DNA of 64,000 nt from Polyangiales bacterium (GTDB taxonomy: Bacteria > Myxococcota_A > Polyangia > Polyangiales > JADJQN01), in the NCBI GenBank assembly GCA_964202905.1, contig CAXNJO010000001.1:128001-192000 (forward strand), read 5' to 3'. The position numbers and the translations under genes are program-made. Shown one piece after another: positions 52,430 through 63,846 of this stretch; the first letter of the stretch is position 1; every line of letters begins with the position of its first letter. Under the pieces are notes generated by a model. The model was not told the origin of the DNA. It did not search any database and saw only the letters and a list, made by a program, of their open reading frames with translations.

Positions 52430-54288
52430 CGCCTGCCTCCCTCTGCTGCTGCTGAACGCCCTCGGCGCCACCTGGAATGTTGAATTCGACGCGCCGGTTC
52501 TGCGCGTGTTCGGCCGCCGTCGACGCGTTCGCGACGCGCGGGCGGTCCGGTCCGTAGCCGTGTGCCTCGAGGCGCGTGGCCGCGATCTGGCCGCGGTCGA
52601 CCAGGAAGCGGACGACCGACTCGGCGCGACGCTGGCTCAGCGTGATGTTGCGCTCGCGGCGGCCGCGGGCGTCGGTGTGGCCCTCGACGAGCACGCGGGT
52701 GATCTCCGGGTGCGCGCGGAGCACGGCCGCGACGTTCTCGAGCAGCGGGAAGCTGCGCGGGAGGATGTCGGCCGCGTTGGTCTTGAAGAAGACCTCCTCG
52801 ATGATGCGGAGACCACTCTCCGGTGATGGTCACGCGCTGCGCCTCGCGGCAGCCCTGGAACTCGACGGTCCCGGGCTCGTCCGGGCAGTTGTCGGCCAGA
52901 TCCGCGACGGAGTCCGCGTCGCGATCGCGCACCGGGCAGCCCTGCTCGGCGGCGACGCCGGGCTCGGAGACGCAGCGGTCGTCGGCGTCGAGCACGCCGT
53001 CGCCGTCGTTGTCGGGGTCCGGGCAGCCGTTCTCGTCCTCGAAGCCGTCGCGGTCCTCGGGCTGCGCGGGGCAGGCGTCGACGTCGTCGGTGAGGCCGTC
53101 GCCGTCCGTGTCGGGCACGGTGTCGGGGCAGCCGTCGGTGTCCTCGTGGCGGTTCACCGTCTCGGGCTCGAGGCGGCAGGCGTCCGCGGTGTCGGGGATG
53201 CCGTCGCGGTCGTCGTCGAGGTCCGGACAGCCGTCCGTGTCCTCGAACGTGTCGACGTCCTCGGGCGCCGTCACGCAGCGATCGATGTCGTCGAAGAGGC
53301 CGTCGCCGTCCGTGTCGCGCACCGGCGCCGCCGTCGGCGTCGCCCAGCCGAGCTGAAGGACGCCGCGCAGGTCGGGGCTGCCGAAGCCGCGCGCGAGGCC
53401 GGGGCCGGCCGCGAGCGTCGCGACGAAGCCGCTCGCGTGAGCGAAGCGGGCGCCCGCCGTCGCCTCGAGCGCCGTGCCCTCGCGCTCGCCGACGCGCTCG
53501 AAGGCGCTGTCGCCGTACGCCTGCACGAGCACGTCGAGGTGCGTGCGGTCGTCGGTCTCGTCCTTCCACGCGAGGAACGTGGCGCCGAGCCCGTACGTCA
53601 GCTCGCTGCCGAAGCCGAGGTTCGAGAGGCTCGCGACGCTGTCCTTGCGGACGCGTGCGCCGAGGTTCGCGACGAGGCGGATGCCCGCCGTCGGCCGCAG
53701 CTCCGCGAGCAGCTCGGGGGAGAAGGTCACGCTCCGATCGCCGCGGTACGCGACGTCGTCCGGCACGCCCGACGAGGGCGCCGTGACGCGGGCCTGCAGC
53801 GCGAGCGCGAGCAGGTCGCCCGGCGCGCCGAGGAGCCGCACGCGCGCACCGAGGAAGGCGTCGCCGAGCCCGGCGCCGTCGGCGGCCTGCACGCCCGTCG
53901 CCATGAGCGCCGGGTCCGTGTCGCCGTCCATCACCAGCGTCGCGGGGAGGCCGGCGAAGACCACCACGCGGTCGAAGAGCCCGAGCGAGAGCCCGAGCGT
54001 GCCGACCAGCTGGTGCCGGACCACGGCGAACCCTTCTGTGCCCGAATCACCGCTCACGCTCTCGTACACGAGCGGGTCGAGGCCGTAGTCGAAGACCAGG
54101 TGCGCGCCGAGGCGCAGGTGGCCGAGGTCCGTCGCGCGCGCGAGGTGGAGGTCATCCTCTGGCGTCGGGGCAGCGCGGAAGCGGTCGAGCGTGGCGGCCG
54201 GCTGCGCGGCGGCGACGGTGGCGCAGAGCGCCCAGCTTGCCGCGAGCGCGGCGGGGAAGGTCCATGTCCTCACGTGAGGATTCTCCAT
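52410..54288 (-). CDS. OmpA-family outer-membrane protein (beta-barrel + TSP3 repeats + OmpA-C); apparent frameshift at ~52820
   Basis: Barrel-like N-terminus; DRDGFEDENGCPDPDNDGDG repeats; after removing one base reads ESGLRIIEEVFF...VEGHTD...NITLSQRRA.SV...GYGPDRP...NRRVEF. Confidence 0.87.
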
Positions 54289-54435
54289 TCAGGTCGGGGG
54301 AGCGCGGGGCACGCTCCGGGGTGACCAAATACGGCAGTCCGCCGGAAATGTGGAGGGGGCGTCCCTGTTTTGGGGGATGTCCCGCGCCGGGACGGGCAGG
54401 CCATGCGCGGCGGGCCTGTGCTAGACCGCGCGGTC

Positions 54436-55188
54436 ATGAGCGCCACCACGGACACCGGGCTCCTCCGCGCCTACGGCGATCGCGACGGCGACGGCATGGT
54501 GCAGATGTCCTTCACGCTGAAGGTGGCGCCGGGCGCCCTCGCCAAGGAGGCCGCGCGGCAGTTCGCCGAGGCCCACGGCCTGCGCGAGGCGCTCGTCACC
54601 GCCATGGAGCAGTGCGGACCCGGCTTCACGTACTTCGTCGTGTACGGGCACAGCAAGCACCACGTCGACCTCGCGCAGATCGAGGTCCCCGAGGTCGCGA
54701 TCCCCGACCTCGACAAGAAGGAGATCGACCACCGCATCGAGGAGGAGCTCGGGCGCAAGGTCGTCGTCGTCGGCGCGTGCACCGGCTCGGACGCGCACAC
54801 CGTCGGCATCGACGCGATCCTCAACATGAAGGGCTACGCCGGGGACAAGGGCCTCGAGTCGTACAAGTGGTTCGACACCCACAACCTCGGCGCGCAGGTC
54901 GAGAACGAGGCGCTCCTCGCGCGGGCGCTCGCCGTCGGCGCGGACGCGGTGCTCGTCAGCCAGGTCATCACGCAGCGCAACTCCCACAAGGAGAACGCCC
55001 GCGCGCTCGTCGACCTGATGCAGCGCGAGGGCGTGCGCGACCGCTTCGTGCTGATCTTCGGCGGGCCGCGCGTCGACCACAAGCTCGCGCTCGAGCTGGG
55101 CTTCGACGCGGGCTTCGGGCCGGGCACGCTGCCGAAGCACGTCGCGGCCTACGTGATGACGCGGATGATCGAGCGGAAGCACGCGTGA
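54436..55188 (+). CDS. kamE: Lysine 5,6-aminomutase beta subunit (B12-binding)
   Basis: [33 protein letters not shown] (DxHxxG and PLP Lys), VSQVITQ, DAGFGPG. Confidence 0.93.
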   Translation: MSATTDTGLLRAYGDRDGDGMVQMSFTLKVAPGALAKEAARQFAEAHGLREALVTAMEQCGPGFTYFVVYGHSKHHVDLAQIEVPEVAIPDLDKKEIDHRIEEELGRKVVVVGACTGSDAHTVGIDAILNMKGYAGDKGLESYKWFDTHNLGAQVENEALLARALAVGADAVLVSQVITQRNSHKENARALVDLMQREGVRDRFVLIFGGPRVDHKLALELGFDAGFGPGTLPKHVAAYVMTRMIERKHA

Positions 55189-55273
55189 AGGACGCACGCG
55201 CGGTGGCCGCCGAGGGGTGGCCGGGCGCGGCGCGGTGGGGAACGACGCGCGCGCGGCGCGCAGGGAGCGAGAC

Positions 55274-55684
55274 ATGAGCGAGCAGAATCTCCGGGTCGTC
55301 CTGCGGCTGCGCATCGGCGCGCACGACGCCCACTACGCCGGCGAGCTCGTCGACGGGGCGAAGTGCCTGCAGCTCTTCGGCGACGTCGCGACCGAGCTGC
55401 TCATCCGGCACGACGGCGACGAGGGCCTCTTCCGCGCCTACGACAGCGTCGAGTTCCTCGCGCCCGTGCGCGCGGGCGACTACCTCGAGATCGAGGGCGA
55501 GCTGCTCTCGGCGGGGCGCACCAGCCGCAAGATGCGCTTCGAGGCGCGCAAGGTGATCGAGAACGTGCGCGGCGTGCCGGGCGTCGCCGCGAGCGCGGCC
55601 GACGTGCTCGAGCCGCCCGTCGTCGTGTGTCGCGCGACGGGGACGTGCGTGGTGCCGGCGGAGTTCCAGCGGAGGGCGCGATGA
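55274..55684 (+). CDS. kal: 3-aminobutyryl-CoA ammonia-lyase (hotdog fold)
   Basis: [12 protein letters not shown]...[33 protein letters not shown]. Confidence 0.9.
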   Translation: MSEQNLRVVLRLRIGAHDAHYAGELVDGAKCLQLFGDVATELLIRHDGDEGLFRAYDSVEFLAPVRAGDYLEIEGELLSAGRTSRKMRFEARKVIENVRGVPGVAASAADVLEPPVVVCRATGTCVVPAEFQRRAR

Positions 55685-56520
55685 GCGAGCAGCAGCAGGC
55701 GGGCGAGATCATCCTCACGGCGGCGATCGTGGGCGCGGAGGTGACGCGCGAGCAGACGCCCTACCTGCCGATCACGCCCGAGGAGATCGCCGCCGAGGCG
55801 CGCCGCTGCCGGGACGCGGGCGCCGCGGTCATCCACCTGCACGTGCGCGATCCCGATGGCCGCCCGACGCAGTCGCGCGAGCGATTCCGCGAGGTGATCG
55901 AGGCGATCCGCGCCGAGACGGATGTGATCGTGCAGACCTCGACGGGCGGCGCGGTCGGCATGAGCGTGGACGACCGCGTGCAGCCGCTCGAGTGCGCGCC
56001 CGAGATGGCGACGCTCAACTGCGGGACCATCAACTTCGGCGACGAGATCTTCGAGAACTCGCTCCCGCAGATGCGCGCCATCGCCGCGCGCATCCGCGCC
56101 GCGGGCGTCGTCCCCGAGCTCGAGCTCTACGAACTCGGGCACCTCGACAACGCGCTGCTCCTCGCGAAGGAGGGCCTGATCGCCTCGCCGCTGCACGTGC
56201 AGTTCGTGCTCGGCGTGCGCGGCGCGGTGGGCGCGCGCCCGGAGGTGCTGCGCTTCTTCGTGTCGCAGCTGCCGGGCGACGGCACGTGGGGCGTCGCGGC
56301 GACGGGCCGCCACCAGCTCCCGATGGCCGAGCTCGCGACGGAGCTCGGCGGCAACGTGCGCGTCGGGCTCGAGGACAACATCTATCTCGACAAGGGCGTG
56401 CTCGCGGAGGGCAGCGCGCCGCTCGTCGCGCGCGCCGCGTTCATCGCGCGCGCGCGCGGGCGGGAGCCCGTCTCGACGGCCCGCGCCCGCGAGATCCTCG
56501 GCATCCGCGCGCCGGGCTGA
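55681..56520 (+). CDS. kce: 3-keto-5-aminohexanoate cleavage enzyme
   Basis: [50 protein letters not shown]; next to kamE-kal. Confidence 0.9.
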   Translation: MSEQQQAGEIILTAAIVGAEVTREQTPYLPITPEEIAAEARRCRDAGAAVIHLHVRDPDGRPTQSRERFREVIEAIRAETDVIVQTSTGGAVGMSVDDRVQPLECAPEMATLNCGTINFGDEIFENSLPQMRAIAARIRAAGVVPELELYELGHLDNALLLAKEGLIASPLHVQFVLGVRGAVGARPEVLRFFVSQLPGDGTWGVAATGRHQLPMAELATELGGNVRVGLEDNIYLDKGVLAEGSAPLVARAAFIARARGREPVSTARAREILGIRAPG

Positions 56521-56589
56521 CCCCGCGCCGCCCCGGTGGCGGTCGGCCCGATGGGTCGCCGCCGCCGCGACATCGCGCGCGGCAGCGGG

Positions 56590-58104
56590 TCAGGCGCGCA
56601 CCGGCGCGGGCATCGAGAGCGGTGTGCCGGTGTGCCCCTCGACGCGGTTCCGGCCGCGCCGCTTGGCCGCGTAGAGCGCCTCGTCCGCGCGCACGAGGAG
56701 CATGTCGGCGCCTTCGCCGGGGAGCAGCGCCGCGACGCCGAGGCTGATGGTGAGGCGGCCGCCCGGCTGCGTCGCCCCGCCCGGGATGGGCTGCGCCTCG
56801 ATCTGCGCGCGCAGCTTCTCGGCGACGTCGAGCGCCTCGTCGAAGCCGGTCTCCGGGAGCACCACGAGGAACTCCTCGCCGCCCGTGCGCGCCACGGTGT
56901 CGATGCGCCGCACCGTCGCGACGAGCTCGGCGGCCACGGCGCGGAGCGCGGCGTCGCCGGTCGGGTGGCCGAGCGTGTCGTTGAGGACCTTGAAGTGGTC
57001 GATGTCGATCGCGACGACCGAGAGCGCGTGCCCGAAGCGCTGCGCGCGCTCGATCTCGCGGTCGAGGCGGCGCGCGAGGGCGCGGCGGTTCGCGAGGCGC
57101 GTCAGCTCATCCGTCGTCGAGAGGGCGCGCAGCTCGTCGACGACCTGCGCGTGGCGGATCGCGAGCGCGGCCTGATCCGCGATCGCGCCGAGCAGCCGCC
57201 GCTCGACCTCGGTGAGCGGGTCGCTCCCGGCGCGCGTCACGCCGAGGATGCCGAGCAGGGTCCCGCGCAACTGGATCGGGAAGGCGCCGAACGAGCCCGT
57301 GCGCTCTGCCTGCCCCCAAAAAGCGAGATATTCCGAGTGTTTGGAGACGTCGTCGAGCACCACCTGGCCGCCGGTGCGCACGACCTCGCCCGCGAGGCCG
57401 ACGCCCGCCTCGACCTGATGACCGAGCACGCGCTCGGGCTCCGCGAAGCCATGGACCGCGCGGACGGCGTAGCGGGGCGGATCGTCCGACGCGCGCAGGA
57501 AAATGGCGGCCTCGCGCAGCCGGAGCCCGCCGCCGATGCGCGAGACGAGGGCACGCAGCACCGCGTCGAGCTCCGTCTCGGTGACGCTCACGCGCAACAG
57601 ATCGAAGACGAGCTGCCGCTCGGCGAGGCGCGCCTCGAGCTCGAGCGTCTTCGCGGCGAGGATCTCCTCGAGGCGGAGCTTCTCGCGCGTCTGCGCGAGC
57701 TCGCGCCCCTGGTCGATCAGGCTGACGCGCAGGCTCGTGACGCGCGCGAGCAGGTGGTTGAGCGCGTCGCCCGCCTCGGCGAGCTCGTCGTCGCCCGTGA
57801 TGGGGATGCGCAGGAGGTAATCGCCGGCGTCCGCGCCCTCGACGAAGTGCGCGATCTCGCGGAGCCGCCGCGCGACGAGTCGCTCGACGATGACGGAGGC
57901 GATGACCGCGGCCGCCCCGGCGCTCGCGAGGATGCAGCCGACCACCAGCGCGAGCGGCAGCCGGCCGACGAAGGCCTCGATGATCGAGAGCTGCGACGCG
58001 GCGCCGATCGCCGCACCGACGCCTCCCACGAGGGCCGCGAGGTGCCAAAGCCGACCCCGCCGCGCGCCCGGACTCTGCACGCGGGGAGCGCCGGGAGTCT
58101 GCAC
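56590..58104 (-). CDS. Membrane diguanylate cyclase (TM-HAMP-GAF-GGDEF); start uncertain
   Basis: TDELTRLANRR, DIDHFKVLNDTLGH, RRID I-site + GGEEF, ADEALYAAKRRGRN. Confidence 0.9.
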   Translation of the reverse strand: MQTPGAPRVQSPGARRGRLWHLAALVGGVGAAIGAASQLSIIEAFVGRLPLALVVGCILASAGAAAVIASVIVERLVARRLREIAHFVEGADAGDYLLRIPITGDDELAEAGDALNHLLARVTSLRVSLIDQGRELAQTREKLRLEEILAAKTLELEARLAERQLVFDLLRVSVTETELDAVLRALVSRIGGGLRLREAAIFLRASDDPPRYAVRAVHGFAEPERVLGHQVEAGVGLAGEVVRTGGQVVLDDVSKHSEYLAFWGQAERTGSFGAFPIQLRGTLLGILGVTRAGSDPLTEVERRLLGAIADQAALAIRHAQVVDELRALSTTDELTRLANRRALARRLDREIERAQRFGHALSVVAIDIDHFKVLNDTLGHPTGDAALRAVAAELVATVRRIDTVARTGGEEFLVVLPETGFDEALDVAEKLRAQIEAQPIPGGATQPGGRLTISLGVAALLPGEGADMLLVRADEALYAAKRRGRNRVEGHTGTPLSMPAPVRA

Positions 58105-58199
58105 GCGCCCGAGACTCCGCCGCGCCGCCAGCGCCGTCAACTCGAGAGCGCAGGGTCCAGGGCGGTGCGGTGACCCGCACCATGGACATACCAGCGCAG

Positions 58200-58265
58200 T
58201 GCGGGGACCGGCCAATGCGGGGACCGGCCAATGCGGGGACCGGCGCAGCGCGGGGACCGGAGCAG
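58200..58265. repeat. Four 16-17-bp tandem repeats immediately 3' of tRNA-Met
   Basis: gcggggaccgg core in units at 58200, 58216, 58232, 58249. Confidence 0.85.
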
Positions 58266-58339
58266 TGGCGATGGAGGGACTCGAACCCCCGACCTAGCGC
58301 GTATGAAACGCCCGCTCTAACCGGCTGAGCTACATCGCC
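58266..58339 (-). tRNA. tRNA-Met (CAT), elongator type; CCA not encoded
   Basis: GGCGATGTAGCTCAGCCGGTTAGAGCGGGCGTTTCATACGCGCTAGGTCGGGGGTTCGAGTCCCTCCATCGCCA; cloverleaf, G1-C72 pair, TTCATAC loop. Confidence 0.92.
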
Positions 58340-58351
58340 AAGAGGCCGCGA

Positions 58352-58379
58352 AGTATAGGGAGCACCCCCGCGCTGTCAA
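58352..58379 (-). promoter_or_regulatory. Sigma-70-type promoter of tRNA-Met
   Basis: TTGACA-N16-TATACT followed by a GC-rich discriminator. Confidence 0.8.
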
Positions 58380-58519
58380 ACGTGGTCGCGCGCATCCGGG
58401 TGCGTCCGCGGTGGAAGAACCTCCGGCCGGGACGCACGTCCAAGCGTGGCATCATCGTGCCGCGCCGCATCGGCGGCGACGCCCGGGGCCGTGTCTGCAC
58501 GGCGGAGGTCACTCGTTCC

Positions 58520-61500
58520 ATGTCGCCCTCTCCACGCTTCCGCCGTCCGCCCGCGCTCGCCGCGCTCCTGCTCGCCCTCGGCGCGTCGTTGCCCGCCCCG
58601 CCCGACGCCCGCGCCGACGACCCGGCGCGCAGCGGGCCGGCGATCGGCTACGAGCTCGCGCTCTTCGGCACGCCGCAGGCGAGTTACGGCGGGACGCTGC
58701 GCGTGCGCGGCATCGCGTACGAGGTGCGTGGCCTCGCCGACCTCGTGCCCCTCGCGCAGGGCGAGGTCGTCGCGCGGCTCACCTCCGTCACCGACGCGCG
58801 CACCGGCGCGCGCAGCACCGCGTCGTCGCGCGCGGTCACGCCGGGCGCGGGGGCGCGCTTCGAGGTCGTGCTCGAGGTGCCCGAGCAGGCGCTCGCGGCG
58901 CCACGCCTCGAGCTGACCGTGCGGCGGCGCGGGGCCGCGGGGCGCGAGCTGTCGTGGCCCGTCGCGCTCGGCTCGCCCGTCTCGCTCGATCTGCTCACGG
59001 ACCGCGTCCTCTACGAGCCCGGCGAGCCCGTGCACGCGTGGGCCCGTCTCGTGCGGACGGACGACGGCGCGCCGGTCGGCGGCCACGAGGTGTCGCTCGT
59101 CGTCGTGGGTGCCAGCGGAGAGCGCGTCGCGGAGCGCACCGTCACGACCAGCGCGGCGGGCCTCGCGACGATCGAGACGCCGCTCGCCGCGAGCGCTCCG
59201 GAGGGCACCTACCTCGTGACCGCGCAGGCGCTCGGCGGCACGGCGACCGCGAGCGCGACCCGCGCCGTGCGCGTCGGCCGGCGCACCGTCGAGCGGCTCC
59301 TGGTCGCGGCGACGCTCGACCAGGCGGTCGTCCCGCCGGCGGGCACGCTCTCCGGCCGCGTCGAGGTGCGCACGCCGAGCGGGGCCGCGGTGCGCGGCGC
59401 GCGCGTCACCGTCACGACCACGGGGCGCAGCGAACCGCTCGTGCTCGAGACGGACGGCGAGGGCCACGCGCGCTTCCGGACGACGGCGCCCGCGTTCCTG
59501 CAGGGCGACCTCGCGACGGCGTACGTCGACGTGGAGGCGACGCACCCGGCGCATGGCACGGCCCGGACGCGCGCGTCCTATCAGCTCGCGCGGGTCGAGT
59601 GGATCGTCGCCGCGACGCCCGCTGCCGGCGCGCTCGTCCCGGAGGTCGACGCCGAGGTGTACCTCGCCGTGAGCGACCCGCGCGGCCGCCCCGCGCCCGC
59701 GGACACCGCGCTCGTCGCGACGGGGCCCGGCGTGCGCGGCGGCACGCAGCAGGTGACCACCGACGCGCACGGCCTCGCGGTCGTGCCGATGCGCCTGCCG
59801 CGCGGGGCCGCGGCGACGCTCACCGGGGGCGGCGCGGGCTGCGCGGGGCAGGTCGCGACGCTCGTCGCGGTGACGATCGCGACCGCGCGGCCGCTCACCG
59901 CGCGCGTCTGCGTGCGCGTCGCGCCCGAGGCGCAGGTCGCCGTGCGTGTGCAGGCGCCCGTCGTCGCGGTCGGCGGCGAGGTCGGCTTCGACGTGCAGCG
60001 GCGCGAGTCCGCGCGCGGGCGGCCGGTGCTCGTCGAGGCGCTCGCCGGGGAGCGCGCGGTCGCCGCGGCCTGGCTCGAGGGCGGCGCGACGCACGGCGTG
60101 CTCACGCTGCCGGCGGGGCGCGCGGGCATCGTGCGGATCCGGGCGCGCGCGCTCGTCGCGGAGAACACCCTCGCACCGGCCGAGGAGCCCGTGCTCGCGG
60201 GCGCCGGGACGGGCGCGCTCGACGCGGTGCTCGTCCGGCCTGCGGACGCCTTCACGCTGCGGGTGGAGACGGATCCCGAGCCTGCGCACGTCCGCACGCG
60301 GGCCCGCGTGGCGCTCCGCACGGACACGCCGCGCGAGGGCTGGGCGGCCGTCGTCGCACGCGATCTCGCGGCGCACGGCGGCGAGACGCCATGGTCGCTC
60401 GCGTGGCTCGGGGGCGTGCTGCAGTCGGCGGCCGCGCAGCCGGGCGAGCCGGGCAGCGAGCGTGCGCTCCGGGCCGCCCTCGCCGCGACCCTCCCGCCCG
60501 ACTCGGAGCCGGCGCGCCCCCCCGCGCTCCTCCCGCGCCCGGGCGATGCCCCGCGCTGGTACGCGCCCCAGCTCTCGGAGGCGCGCGGCCAGCTCCGCGA
60601 TCCGGTCGCGCTGCGCGGCGAGCTGCTCCGGCGCGGCGTCGCGGGCCCGATGCTCGCCCTCGAGCGCGCGCTCACCGGGCTCGACGGCAGCGAGGCGGGC
60701 GGCCGCGGGATCGTGGCGCGCAGCGCGTCCGGTATCAGCTTCGATGCGGATGCGCTCGCCACGCTGGTCACGCGGGGCGCGCTCGCGCCGGGCGCCGCAC
60801 GCACCCTCGGGGACACGCCGCTCACCGTCGCGCAGCTCACGCAGTCGGATCCCGGTTTCACTTTCGATACTGTCGCGCACCGCGTCACGCGCGGTCGGCT
60901 CGTGGCGCTGCTGGTCGCGCTCGCGCGGCTCGGGAACCCGGACGACGAGAACGCGGCCCGGGCCGTCGCGGGGCAGCCGCCCGAGCGTTGGTTGTCGACG
61001 CTGGTGCGCCTCCGGCTGGTGCCGGCGTCGACGCTGCTCGACGCGTGGGGGCGTCCCTTCGCCTTCCGCCGCGTCACGGCGGGCGCGCCGACGCTCGTCG
61101 TCGCGCAGGGCGCGCCCGACTGGGAGTGCGTCTCGGCGGGGCGCGACGGGCGCGTCGGGACGGCCGACGACGTGCGCGACCCGTTCGCGCGCGCCGTGCC
61201 GCGCGGCACCCCGTACGCGGTCGCGAGCGGCGAGGACGCGCTCATGGGGCGCCTCGCCGCGCTCGGGCCGGGCGCGCGCGTGCTGCTCGCGATGGCCGAG
61301 GCCTACGACGCGGTCGCGCTCGCGACGCGCGAGGAGGCCCGTCGCGGCGTCGTGACCGCAGCCGCGAGCGAGGCGCAGGCCGCACCGGCCGAGGCGTTCG
61401 CCGAGTCGCTCAGCGAGGCGGAGGACGAGGGCGGCAGCGGCATGGTCTACGGGACGGGGCGCGGCGGCATGGCCGCGCGGCGCGCTGTGGGCGCGTCCCC

Positions 61501-63846
61501 ACCACCTGGCGCACCCGCGCAGGCGTCCCGGATGCGCGCCGATGGGGACGCGCGCGAGGAGTCCGCGCTCGAGCGCAACGCGAGCGACGCGCGCCCGAGC
61601 AGCGGCGGCTCACGCCTCGCCGCGATGGGCGAGCTGATCCGCGAGCGCTTCCCGGCGACGCTCTTCGTGTCGGGCGAGCAGCCGCTCGCGCAGAGCGGCG
61701 TGACGCTCGTCGAGATCCCCGTCGCCGACGCGCTCACGACCTACGTCGTCGAGGCCATCGCCTGGACGCGCAGCGGCTGGACGACCAGCGCGAGCGGCGC
61801 GCTGCGCGTGGACCAGGACGCGATGGTCGACGCGCCCGTGCCGCCCTTCGCGACGGCGGGCGACACGCTGCGCCTCCCGGTGCGCATCGCGAACCGCACG
61901 CGGCAGCCGCTGCGCGCGCGCGTCGAGGTCTCCGCGGAGGGCGGCCTCGCAGCGACGGCCCCCGCGCCGCGCAGCGTAGAGGTGCCGCCGGAGGACGCCG
62001 TGGAGGTGATGCTCGATGTGCGCGTCGGGAACGCGGGAGAGGGTTCACTCGTGATACGCGCCGTGCGCGACGCGGACGGGAGCCCGCTCGACGCGGTGCG
62101 CCGCCCGCTGACGGTCTGGGCGGACGCGCGGCGCGTGCGGATCGCGGACGAGCGCCTGCTCGACGGGAGCGCGGTGTTCACGTGGGAGCAGCCCGCGGGC
62201 GCGTCGGCGCGCGGTCCGGGCGAGCTGCGCATCACGTCCGGGCACGCGCTCTTCGGGGACGTGATCGCGTGGGGCCAGGAGGGCGACGCCGTGGCGGCGG
62301 GCTGGGCGCTGCGGGTCGGCGGGCTCCCGGTGCCCGAGCCGCTGCGCGCCGCCGCCCGCGCGCGCCTCGAGGGCGACGGGGACGACGACGTCCCGGAGGG
62401 CTGGGACGTCGGGGGCGTGGCCCGCGCGGTGGGTGTCGCGTGGGAGGACGACGCGCTCGCCGACGCGCGGCTGCGCGCGGGGCTGCGGGCGCTCGGCGCG
62501 CTGCTCGACGAGGCCTTCGCCAGCACGCGCGAGGACACGGACTACCCGACGGAGGAGCGCATCGTGCCGCCGCCGCCCCCCGGCGGGGGCGATCCCGTCG
62601 CGGTGGAGCGGAGCGCGAACGCCCTCGCGATGCTGGCGCCCGCGGTGCGCGCGGCCTCGCGCCGGCCGGCCGTCGCGCGGGACCTGTCGCGGCTCGTCGC
62701 GCGGCTGCGGGCGCGCGTCGCGCAGGGCGGCGCGGCCCTCTCCGAGTCGCCCGCGCTGAGCGCCGAGTGCGCCGCCGCGCTCGCGCTCACGGCCACGGCC
62801 GGGACACCGGACGCGCGCGCCCGCGAGCTGCTGCGGCGCGCTGAGCGCGGGGTCGTGACGGTCGGCGAGAGCGCCTTCCTCGATCCCGACGACGCGCCGA
62901 CCCTCGCCGCGGCCCGCGTCGCGCCGACGGCTTGCTCGCGATCGCGCGGGCGCTGGTCGTCGGGCGCGCCGACGCGCTCGCGCCGCTGCGCGCGCTCCTC
63001 GCGCTGCGACGCGGCGCGGCCTCCTGGGACGACGCGGTGCGCGGGCTCGCGACGGCGGCGGTCGCGCTCGTCTCCGGGCGCGACGGCGCGCGCGGCGTGA
63101 CGGTGCGCGTCGATGGCGAGCCCGTCCCCGTGCGCGAGGAGCCGCAGGCGGCCGTCGCCGTGCTCACGACGCTGGCGCGGCCGGGGGCACACCGCGTCGA
63201 GGTGCGCGCGGCGGCGGGCTCCCTCGCGCTCGCGCTGCTCGAGGTCCGCTACGGCCTGCCGTGGGACGCGCGCCCCGCGCGACGCGCGCCGCTCGCGCTC
63301 ACGGTCGACGGCGAGGCCGGTCCGCGTGATGGGCGCGCCGGGCTCGCGCTCACGCTGCGCAACCAGGGCGCCCGCGTGCTGCCGAGCCCGGTGGTCGAGC
63401 TCGACCTGCCCGCCGGTGCGGAGCTCGACGAGCCCACGCGCGAGCGCCTCGCGTCGCTCACCGCCGCGGCGCCTGCGCTCGAGGGCCGCACGCTGCGGCT
63501 GCGCCTTCGCCCGCTCGCGCCGGGCGGCTACGTCCGCCTGCCGCTGCCGCTGCGCTGGAGCACCGGCGGCGCGCTGCGCGGGCTCGGGGTCACGGCGTGG
63601 GACGACGCGCTCCCCGCAGGGCTCGCGGAGCCGCCGATCGCCCTGCTCCCGTCGCGCACCGTGACCATCGCCGATCGCGGCGCCGCGCTCCCCGAAGCGG
63701 ACGACGCGGCCTCGCCCGAGCCGGCCCCGCCCCCACCCCCACCGCCCCCCATGCCCATGCCGCTGCGGCGCGTGCGCCCGCTCGCGCCGGTGAGCGCCGT
63801 CCCCACGCCGCGCCGTGACGCGCGCCTCGCCGAGGTGTCCCGATGA
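58520..63846 (+). CDS. Alpha-2-macroglobulin-like (MG2/A2M domain) secreted protein; apparent frameshift at ~62931
   Basis: Signal peptide; LLTDRVLYEPGEPV (MG2); RERFPATLF...VADALTTYVVEAIAW (A2M); C-terminus with VVELDLPAG continues in frame 62932-63846. Confidence 0.78.

Noticed and set aside
47369..52483. 1704-aa plus-strand ORF, and similar long Arg/Ala-rich ORFs (40010-44677, 43345-47061, 58411-62844, 9821-12673)
   Set aside because: Antisense or alternate-frame shadows of real genes, caused by stop-codon scarcity at high GC; no recognisable motifs.
52800..52840. Programmed ribosomal frameshift in the OmpA gene
   Set aside because: No slippery heptamer; similar single-base shifts in several unrelated genes point to sequencing indels.
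58266..58339. tRNA-Met as the attachment site of a prophage or island
   Set aside because: No integrase and no duplicated tRNA 3' end in the window. tRNA-Ile2 or initiator identity is also judged less likely given the G1-C72 pair and TTCATAC loop.
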